Shown here: piece after piece, positions 38,542 through 47,827 of the stretch
How the letters are laid out: the number at the start of each line of letters is the position of its first letter
Numbering within the stretch: position 1 is the stretch's first letter
DNA from: Gracilinanus agilis
Lineage: Eukaryota
NCBI RefSeq assembly: GCF_016433145.1
Contig: NC_058132.1
Coordinates: forward strand, 346,083,751-346,147,750
Reading direction: 5' to 3'
Length of the DNA stretch: 64,000 nucleotides
Program-made: the position numbers and the translations under genes
The notes under the pieces: model-generated
Databases searched by the model: none
The model's input: only the letters and a program-made list of their open reading frames with translations
Told to the model about the DNA's origin: nothing

Positions 38542-39943
38542 AAGATTGAACAGTGATTTCCCAAGATTTTCGGAACTTCATTCTCTGATCTTGCTCTGTT
38601 ACTTTTATTATCCATAATTTTTTCTATTCTTCACTTTGTACCTATATGATAGATAAATGGCAGAGGTAGAACTGAGGAAGCTACCTGAGGCAATACAGTA
38701 AAATATGACATTGTTTACTTAAGTTTTGTATTTATTCTCCTAATCCATAGTTTCTTGACCTGTTTAGAACCATCCTTGATTCTTCCCTTCCTTATCAAAT
38801 TAGTTGTGAAATCTTGTCGATTTTTCTCCTCCATTGCATCTCCCACACTAGTTCCATTCTCTTCAATAAGACCATCACCCTACTTCAGGTTCTTATCACA
38901 TCTCTCCTGGACTATTGCAATATTCTTCTCATTTGTATCTGTGCTTCTAGTCTCTCCTCCCCAATTTATCTTCTGTACAGTTGCCGAAACAAGCTAATAT
39001 TTATATAATGCTTTAAGGTTTATTTTACATATATTTACATATGTAAATTCACTTTGCATATATTATTTAATCCTCCTGACATCCCTGAGGTAAGTGCTAT
39101 TATTGTATTTATCCCCAATTAACAGATAAGAAAACTGAAGCTGGGGCATTAAATGACTTGCCCAGGATCACACAGCTAATGTCTGAGGCATGATTTGAAT
39201 TGAGGTCTTCCTGACTCTAGGACTAAGTACTCTACACAGTTACACCTGGATATTCTTAAAACCCTTTACTCTGCTAAAGAAGTTTCCATGGCTCCCCAAT
39301 GTCTTTAAGTCAAAAATCAAACTCCTCACTCTAGAATTAAAACTCTTGATTAGCTGGTTTCAAACTACTTCTCAAGCCTTATTTCTCATTATTCCCCTTC
39401 ATGTACTCTGTGTTCCAGTCATGCTGGTCTACTTGTTTCTATATGGCCTCCATTTGATACATCTGTAAATTTGTAGTCTTCACCTCCTATATTTAGAATG
39501 TGTACCCTCCTTACATTAGAGAGTCCTTGCATTCCTTCAGGGCTTAGTTTGGCCTACATCTATTCCTAAAAGCCTTTTATAATCTACCTAACTTTTAATA
39601 ATTACCTTGCATTTACATACTTATCTACCAATTAGGATTCCCAATATAATATAAGGTTCTCAAATGCAAATTATCTCATTTTATTCTATTTTTCTCCAAT
39701 CACCTAGAAGAGTGCCTTGATTTTGTTTTGATTGGCCCAGATTGGAGAGTTTACTAATATAGAAAATGTCTATTGAGGTAACTAGCTTCACCAGCAGAGA
39801 CTGGTAACTGGTCTGCAACTTAGTTTTAGTGTTGCTAGGGGTAATATAGGTTATACTTGCCTGGGGTCATACCATATGTATGTACTCAAGGTAATACTTG
39901 AACCTAGATCTTCTTGGCTCTGAGGCCAGCTTTCAAGCCACTA

Positions 39944-40156
39944 CAGAAGTGGTGTCAAACTCTTAACAGAAATGGGGGTCACTCAACCATAGGTAAGGAT
40001 CCCAGTGGGATGCATATTGACTTAGAAACCACATATTGACATTATCTTTTTCTATTGTGTTTTTATTTCTTTTGTTATTTTTCCAATTACATTTTAATCT
40101 GGTCTGGGCAACTCTTGGGAGTGTTCTGGCTTGCTGCCCAATGTTTGACACCTCTG
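39944..40156 (+). mobile_element. Old hAT-type MITE (same family as 31873)
   Basis: CAGAAGTGGTGTCAAAC ... CCAATTACATTTTAATCTGG ... GTTTGACACCTCTG. Confidence 0.75.
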
Positions 40157-40689
40157 CAATATAGCACCCTACCTTAACATAGCAAATTCTTTTTCTTTTA
40201 AATTGATTGAGCAGGTGCACAGCCTAATAATGCCAGTCCAGGATCAAAGAAACAAGAAGTACAACGTCTGTAATGAATGGAGTTCTTTGGTGAATTCTGA
40301 GGGTGGCTTTATACTGGGAAAATTAATCTTATTTTTGAGGGAATGGAATCACTACCAGATACATTTGCTTATTTTCCTTGATGGGGCAAGAGGGAGAGAG
40401 AGATCTTGCTAGTCAAATGAATATGTGCAGAACACCAAAAAAACAATCATTCAATCAGCAAATTTCCTTTTTGGATGAAGTATGCCTGAGATGGTTAAAA
40501 AAAACAAAACAAAACAGAAAGAGAATGAGGAAACACTAGGTAAGCAAATATCTAGATCTGCTGGAGGTGGTTTTGGAGAAGAGAAGTCACAATAATGCTG
40601 GTAGTTCCACAATTATGAGGAAATCATTGGAAAACCTGGACTTCAAGACTAGAACGGAGAGAAGCAAGTGTGGTTAAAGAGTGGAATTT

Positions 40690-40761
40690 ATGCTCTTGAG
40701 GTGGTAAAGAAGCTGTGGTCTTTTAATGCTTTTGAGGTGGTAAAGAAGTCGTGGTCTTTTA
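40690..40761 (+). repeat. 36-bp tandem duplication
   Basis: ATGCT(C/T)TTGAGGTGGTAAAGAAG(CT/TC)GTGGTCTTTTA occurs twice. Confidence 0.9.
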
Positions 40762-41299
40762 ATCTTTCCATGGGGGGTTTCCTGAGGTGAACAAAAAAGG
40801 ACTTATTGTAGAGGAGTCAGAGGAGTTAGACACTGATAGCAATACTGGCTACATAGTACTTTAAAGAACCTAAAAATTTTATTGGGCTTTCAGCCATACC
40901 TCAAGCACATAAGAAAAATCTGAGGTGTCCTTGGATCAAGGCAATGGTTTTGTAAGATTAAGGTGATCCTGCTGACTTAGAGTCAGAGAGCAGAGGAAAA
41001 GGGAAGTACAATTTCCATCAAAGTTCTCCCAAAGAGGAGTTAGTATACTCAAGTTAACAGTCTTGTTTAAACTGACCAAAGAAATTAAATTGACCAAGCT
41101 ACTAAAAGGGTAAGGGTTAATTAAAACCAGGGAGGCCTGAGGCAACCTTGTGTGCAATGTAGATTGAATGTCCACTTTTGGAGAAGAAAGTATAACTGAG
41201 AAGAGTTGCCTAGATATTGCAGAGAACCAGCTGATTTCTAAATCCTAAATTACCCTGCCCATCCTCCCCTCAACTACAACCTAAACCTATTACCAAGAG

Positions 41300-43050
41300 A
41301 AGGTGGTAATCTGGACATGCTGATCTAGACATATCCAAAGACAGAAATCAAGATGCTGAGGGGATTGTGCAGTTTTGGTGGCCCCTAAGAAATAGGTCCC
41401 TTAGATATAGGAAACCTATACATTTCCCTAGCAGGAAGACTAAGATCTCTAGCACATGGGTAAAGATGATGTCTAATAACTCAAAGGCCCAGAAAAGACA
41501 TCTGCCATTATTATTAGCCCACCAAAGGATGAGTAGTTGCCAACTTTTCCCTAATCCAGAATCCTGGGAAACGAAAACACAGAGGCAAAGGAACTATGAT
41601 TAGAAATTTTAAATATTTTTTTTTCCTTCTCAGCATGAATGTGGGAATAAAGGGTTCATAGTAGAAAACTATTGTTCAAAAATGGCTACAAGGTGTGCCA
41701 AGAAATTCTCAGAGGTACCTTGATAATGGTATTGCCCCAAAGCTGAATTTATCTTTCCTTACACAAAAATTGGGAAGGAACACAAGCAAGTGGAAGAAAG
41801 CTTGAACAGATCTTTTCCATGTTATTGGGTAGCTTCTAGAAGACTGTGTCTAGATAACTGACTTTTAACTATGATGTATGATGTGGGGATAGAGAAGGGC
41901 TATTTTCTTTTAGGTATTTACTGTCTCATCACCTAGCAGCAACAGCACACTAGAGTCTAACAGAAAGCAAAGAAGAAAGCAATTACTAATGGTTGGGGAA
42001 TTTTTTTTTTCCTATCCAACATTTTTGCCTTATTTTTCCATCTAAAAGACTCATATCTGAACAAAAGATTTTATTTGTAAGATTTACAAGTTCTATAAGT
42101 GGTTGTGGAGAATCATAATCTTGGGAGTCAGTTAATGTAAGGAACAGGACTGTTTTGTGAACTTTGAGGGATCCTTTACAATGCCCAAACAGCAGACAAT
42201 GAATATAATCCACATGGGTCCCAACCTGCACAGCAACTCTCATCAAGGACAGTTACATGAATCAAAATGAAAAGTCAAAGCTATCAGTACCAACTATTAT
42301 TCAGTTAGTCAAATTGTCTTTTTCCACAACAAATTTAGCAAGTGTCCAACTGATGTGTTGTAAGGCAACTGCAGCATGGTAGCAGCAGCCAGTAGGTATG
42401 CGTTGCATATGTTGGGTCCTCTACTATCTGTTATCCCAACTTAGGAAATTTCAGAAGCTTGAGCACTCCAGTGAAAAGTGTAGGGTGCTGGGGTTTTAAC
42501 AGGAAGAGTCAAGATGTCATTTCCCTGTTTCTATTTAGTTGTATAGTTGGAAATATACCAAAGCCCAGGTTCATTTATAATTCTTTTAAAATCTCATTTT
42601 GTAGGGTTACAGAATCAGGAGTTTCAAGTACATGTGAAGAGAAGGTAAAAATATTAACAGACTCGATCCCTAATATTATTCAGATGGAAGTCTGTGGAAC
42701 TTCCAACTTTATCCCCATACTCCCTCAGGAAGCACCCTGGAATCCTTCATGGTCTACCCTAAAAAATGGGTTTGCCATAAAAATAAAAAATCAAACACAT
42801 TACTAGCATTAAATTGAAAGTAAGGTTCAGATCATATAAGTTTCTACCATCCAGCCTAGTTACCCCACGCATCAGGAACTAAAGAAAGAAAAACTATTCC
42901 CTTGACTTCCAATGGTGACCCCTTAAAAAGTAAAAAACACATGACAACATACTACCTGATATCAACTGAATATTCCAAAGCCATTGATACAGCAACTTTT
43001 CATCAGAAACATAGGGTGGCCCAGCCCTCTGTAGATGTGAGGGTCATTGG
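41300..43050 (+). mobile_element. Heavily decayed CR1/L3-like LINE ORF2 remnant
   Basis: Relics of the endonuclease NKFL..L.DNF region near 41697-41745, an NYRPVSLTS-like relic near 42890-42915 and YSKAIDT (FSKAFD RT motif) near 42970-42990. Many stops and frameshifts. Confidence 0.5.
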
Positions 43051-43390
43051 TTCATTTCTAACTCAGTAATATCCAAATATGTCCTAGATACAGTTGGGAG
43101 GGAGGGATTCGAAATGGTGAGAAAGAAGGGTAAGCAACAAGAGAATCAATTTATGAAGTACCAAAGTTAGAGAAGTAGGTTGTATGCACAGTGGATGAAA
43201 TCAAAGGCCAGTTTGTAAAGCACAATCCAGAAGGGCCAGAGGTAAAGGGATAAGTCTATGTATCAAGGTAAGGAAATCAGGAACAAGTTAACAGTCCGAG
43301 GGAGCAGACAATTAACAGTCCAAGGCCAAAGCGAGGGTCAGAAAAACTGGATATGGCCAAAGGAAGAGCCTGAGGTCAAGCAAAGAATTC

Positions 43391-44866
43391 TCATAGTTTT
43401 CCAGTTTCAGGGAGGTGGATAGCCTCCTGATCTTCTGGATCAGCTGGTCCTTGCTCACCTCCACTGCCTCCTGATTGGGAAGTAGCCATTTCTGGACGGC
43501 CAGGAACAGTCTGTTCTATTTCCCATCTGTTTGCTGTCCTCCTTCCAATTCTCTCTGCAAATCCTCTTTGGAAACTATATTTTGGCGGGTTTTCATGACA
43601 ACCTCTCTGATGACCAACTGTTCTCTCTTCAACTGCTTTTTGCTGTCTAGTCTGTCGATATTGTTCATAATCTTCTGTCATCTTCTTCCTTAATGTTTTG
43701 CAAATGGCCTTATATTCTGGTCCCTTATCACCCCTAGCTGCCATGTCTCTCCTCTTAGCAAGGAGATTGAGTGTTTCTTGGCTAAGGCGATTTCTGGGTT
43801 CTTTTGGTCTTTTCATTGTAATGATTTTTTTGCACCGGTTAATTTTTTGTAGTAAATGTCGTTCATATTCAGAATCATAGTCTCTGTTTCTGTTCACTTC
43901 CCAGTTTTGGGATTCTACAGTGTGTTGAAAGAGTTCTTCCTCAAGCTGCTGTAATCTCACACAATGCCTTCTTTTCATCTTCATTCTTTCTTCTAATTTG
44001 GTGTTTAATTTAACCTTTGCCCGAACCAATCGATGATATGACTGCATACAGACAACTGATTCTGAAATGACAGCCACATCTGTAACCAGTTGCTTTTTAT
44101 CCGTTAAAATATAGTCAACTTCTTCTTTTATAACTTCATCTGGTGACCATGTCCAGCGCCTTCCTACTCTCTTCATGAAGAAAGTATTCATTATATACAG
44201 GTGTGAGGTTTCTGCATATTCTACAAGCCTTTGGCCTCTTTCATCTCTTGAACCAGAACCATATCTTCCAACATACTCTTCCCCTTCCTCTCCTGTGCCC
44301 ACTTTTGCATTGAAGTCACCAAGTATTAACGTATATGCTGATTCAATTTGGAGGATTTTATCAAGATCCTCGTAAAATTTATCTACTTCTTCTTCCTCTG
44401 CTATGGATCTTGGTGCATAAGCAGCTATGATTTTCATGGTGGCATCTCTGCTGACCCTCATTGTAAGCACTGCAAGGCGAGATGACCAAGTATACCACGA
44501 AATTATATTCCTTGTTGCCTTTGGGCCCACCATGAAACCAACCCCACCAACTCCTTCATTCCCCTCTCCGAGGAGAACTTGCCAGCCATCCTTCCATTCG
44601 GATGAAACTTCTTGCTCTCGTCTAGTTTCATTTATAGCTAGGATATCAATGTGTATGTTTTTAAGTTCCTCGAGTAGCGTGTCTACTAATTCGTCAGTGG
44701 ACAAGGAACCCACGTTGAAAGTCCCAACGGCTAAATCTATGTTAATATAGGGTCTCTTGGCACCCTGGGGGCCCTTTTGCGCCTTTCCGCTTCCGCCTCG
44801 GCCGCCGTCACTGCAGGAGGGGCCATCATAGGGCGGGGGGCCATTTTGTATTTCTGCCCGATTCAT
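43391..44866 (-). CDS. Intact 491-aa ORF: RTE-clade LINE apurinic/apyrimidinic-type endonuclease plus tether, no reverse transcriptase; candidate domesticated gene
   Basis: ATG at 44866 in context AAAACCATGA (the track's start at 44881 is TTG). EEP/APE motifs GTFNV (N51), INETR (E80), AYAP (Y150), LILGDFNAKVG (D184/N186), WTW, VDYIL (D251) and SYH (H278). TGA at 43393-43391. The ORF is certain; gene status is inferred. Confidence 0.8.
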   Translation of the reverse strand: MNRAEIQNGPPPYDGPSCSDGGRGGSGKAQKGPQGAKRPYINIDLAVGTFNVGSLSTDELVDTLLEELKNIHIDILAINETRREQEVSSEWKDGWQVLLGEGNEGVGGVGFMVGPKATRNIISWYTWSSRLAVLTMRVSRDATMKIIAAYAPRSIAEEEEVDKFYEDLDKILQIESAYTLILGDFNAKVGTGEEGEEYVGRYGSGSRDERGQRLVEYAETSHLYIMNTFFMKRVGRRWTWSPDEVIKEEVDYILTDKKQLVTDVAVISESVVCMQSYHRLVRAKVKLNTKLEERMKMKRRHCVRLQQLEEELFQHTVESQNWEVNRNRDYDSEYERHLLQKINRCKKIITMKRPKEPRNRLSQETLNLLAKRRDMAARGDKGPEYKAICKTLRKKMTEDYEQYRQTRQQKAVEERTVGHQRGCHENPPKYSFQRGFAERIGRRTANRWEIEQTVPGRPEMATSQSGGSGGEQGPADPEDQEAIHLPETGKL

Positions 44867-44882
44867 GGTTTTCGCGGTCAAA

Positions 44883-44900
44883 ATAATAATAATAATAATA
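44883..44900 (+). repeat. (TAA)n microsatellite just upstream of the RTE-derived ORF
   Basis: AATAATAATAATAATAAT run. Confidence 0.9.
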
Positions 44901-45319
44901 AGGGAGCACCCAGCGGGCTGACCTTCTGGTGACGAGCCTCTCCACGCTCGGCTAGGCCGGGCCTCCGACGGTAGACATACAGCGTTCAGACGCCTTCAGC
45001 AAGAAATGAATAAAAACTATATTAATAATCATAACAGTAGTTTAACTAACGCCCGGGGGGGTTGGGAAAGGCTTAGGGAACACCATAAGACCAGTGGCTC
45101 AACCGTCGCCGGAAACTGCAAGTCGGGAAGATGTACTACTGCGCAGGTGCCTAAGCACCGGGGACGTGTCCCGCCCCCTGCTCGCACGCGCACTCGAGCT
45201 GCGACGCAGGCTCTGGGAAGGAGAACTCAGGATGGCCAGAGCTTTGAGATCTCCGCCTCTCACAGTGTGTTTAGTTTCCGGGGGCTGGCCGTCGGGCGCG
45301 CCGCTGACGTAATCACTGC

Positions 45320-45577
45320 GCGCTGCCACGTCTCCTCAGCTCCGCGGCAACAGAGACTAGTCAGTGCTGACTGGACTGGTTAGGGCTGTCTGGTCTCCGG
45401 GCGTACGGAGACAGACTGGCAACCCCCTTTCGGATATCGCTGAGGCGACAAGGGACAGCAGGCCTGGAGCGTCGCGGTTGGGGCGGCGGAGGGAACCTGT
45501 CCGCCCGCCCCGGGAACAGCCCGTGAAGCTACCACCACCTTTTTGGGGAACCCGCCCCGCCGTACAGGCCTCCATGC
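45320..45577 (+). other. TMEM39A: Putative TMEM39A non-coding first exon region
   Basis: Candidate donors CTG|GTTAGG (after 45378) and TGC|GTAAGT (after 45577). The TSS cannot be determined from sequence. Confidence 0.4.
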
Positions 45578-47341
45578 GTAAGTCTAGGGGCCGCTGGTCC
45601 TTCTTCGGTTTTGGTCACCTGTTCAGTCTTTCTTTTCTCTTCCACTCTCCTTCATCAGAAGTAGCATCGGGGCAGCCTCCTTTCGGGTTCCCTTCTTTCT
45701 CCTTTTCTCCTTTCTTTCTCCTCCTCTATCTTCTGCAGCACAGAATTAGAAAAGCCTATTTATGAATGAGAGAATTCGAGACTTTTAAATTCCTTCATTC
45801 TCCTCTTGTGTGTTATCCCATTCAGGCTGCTCAGGCAGCGGACACGAGGAGTTAGTAAAAAATCGGCTGTGACGTTTCGGAAACCCGAATTTCTCAGATG
45901 CTTTGTGATGATTCTGGAACACTAAAAGCTGTAATATATGAAATTTGACTCGATGACCCTACCGGAGAGCCCATAATGTAGTCAGTTTAATGGGAAACTT
46001 CATTCCTTCCGGTCATGGATATTTTTTTTTTTCTGAGCAAACTTTTTTAAGGGTTCAGTTTCACAGGATGGCAAGTTCTTTGTTGAAAGGGACTTATGTG
46101 GCTATCTGGGACCATAGTTGGACTCTAGTACAACCTATACCCAGAAAAAAGAAGTCCTCCTAACATACTGGAGCAGAGGTCATAAAGCTTGCGCTTCAGA
46201 TTTTCAGGGAAAGGGAGCGTGGGGTCTTCAGTTGCATCTTATACCACTTTTGGATACCTCTGATTATTAAGAAGTTTTTCATCTTATTAAAATTTTCAGT
46301 TCTTTCCACACATTCATTTTGTGCTATAGAGCAGTTCCTTTTGCTCCTTGGACCCATTTGGCAGTTTGGTGAAGTCTATGTGTCTTTCCATACGTAAATG
46401 CACACATAAAACATACATATTACATAATTTACATACCTAAAATACCTGGCGTTGTAAAGGAAAGCAATTATATAGAAATAGTTATCAAAATAGTTTTAAA
46501 AAACATTCACTGACCGTATTTGTTTCTTAAAATGAAACCCTTGCATGAAAAATTTCTCCTGACCATGAGTTTTTTTCCCTAAGCAAACTTTTAAATTGGT
46601 TTATTATAAGAGACTCACTAGTTCTGTGCTGAAATTAACTTGAGTGATTGTCAGTCCAACCCATACCAGAAAAAAAGTCCCTCTATAAAAATTGGACAAA
46701 GAGTTATCCATCTGTTAACAGCATTTTTAGCATCTAATTTTTGAAAGTACTTCATCATTTAGTATATCACTTGATTCTTATAACATCCTCTTTTGAAAGG
46801 TAAAACAGATCATAGAATTCTTATTTTCCCAGGAAGAAGTGAGTTACACTTAAGTGATTTGCCTAAGGCCCTACGTCCAGTTAGTAGTGAAACTAGTACT
46901 AGAATCTTTTTAGTCCCTGTTTCAGATTCTTTCCAGCATATCACAATGCTCCTTTAGTATTTCATTCGATTGACTGATTAAACTTACATTTCTTGTAATG
47001 CCAGATTGGAATGTAGCATTTGTGTTCTATTAAACAAACATTAAGCACCAATTATGTGCCAGGCACTATACTGAAATACAATACAAAAGGAATTTTTTTT
47101 GGGGGGGGGGTGAAGGGTATGCAGAGATGGGAATCAGGAAATTCTTAATTTAAGAAGGTGGCTCTCAAGCTGAGTCCTGAAGGAAAAGAGAGAGTGAATC
47201 CTAGGGATGGATCTCAGCTTGTTAAAGAGCACAGAGCGTGGTGTAGGAATGTTCTGTTTGAGGGTTAGCAAGATGACCAGTTTGGACAAAACGCATAAAA
47301 AAGAGTATTGTATATAAAGCTGTAAAGATAGGTGGGACACA

Positions 47342-47572
47342 GATAATGGTGCCAAATTCAAATAGAAATGAAGGCCATTAATTTGTACATAAGGATCCTT
47401 GCAGCTGCATATTAATTTAGTTTAAAAATACAATATGTTTTATTAGATTTTTAAAACTTTCATTAAGTCTTTTCCAGTTACATTTTAATCTGGTGTGGCA
47501 GCATTTGGGAATGTTATGGAAATAGTATCATGACCTGCCCGCCTGGGCCAGCTGACATGTTTGATACCTCTG
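47342..47572 (+). mobile_element. Old hAT-type MITE (31873 family)
   Basis: AAATTCAAATAGAAATG...CCAGTTACATTTTAATCTGG...GTTTGATACCTCTG. Confidence 0.7.
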
Positions 47573-47635
47573 ATGTGGATGAGTTGGAAAGGAGTGGGAC
47601 TTGAGGTAGGGAAACCAACTTAGAAACTATTGCAA

Positions 47636-47827
47636 GGGGCAGCTAGGTGGCTCAGTGGTGAGATGGGAGGTTTGGGTTCAAATATGACCTCAGACACTTC
47701 CTAGCTATGTGACCCAGGGCAAGTCACTTAACCCCCATTGCCTAGTCCTTACCACTCTTCTGCCTTGGAACTAATACGCAGTATTGATTCCAAGATGGAA
47801 GGTAAGGATTAAAAAAAAAAAAAAAGG
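47636..47827 (+). mobile_element. SINE1_Mdo-like SINE with TSD
   Basis: TSD AACTATTGCAA at 47625-47635 and 47828-47838. Poly-A tail. Confidence 0.9.

Larger units (their letters stand above)
44700..45620. promoter_or_regulatory. CpG island, probable bidirectional promoter for TMEM39A (+) and the RTE-derived ORF (-)
   Basis: Dense CpG in a CpG-poor window. GC boxes (CCGCCC at 45171 and 45553) and CRE/ATF-like TGACGTAA at 45305-45312. Confidence 0.8.

Noticed and set aside
43475-44750. Plus-strand ORFs within the RTE-derived ORF
   Set aside because: Antisense shadows of a real coding frame.
44867-44881. Track start codon for the 496-aa ORF
   Set aside because: It is TTG. The ATG five codons later has a good Kozak context, so 491 aa is preferred.
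44997-45050. Possible tiny intron in the 5' UTR of the RTE-derived ORF (GC|GTTAGT to TTCTTGCTGAAG|)
   Set aside because: About 54 nt is below typical mammalian intron size, and there is no transcript evidence.
45006-45765. Several 70-133 aa ORFs in the CpG island
   Set aside because: Expected from stop-codon scarcity in GC-rich DNA; no domains.
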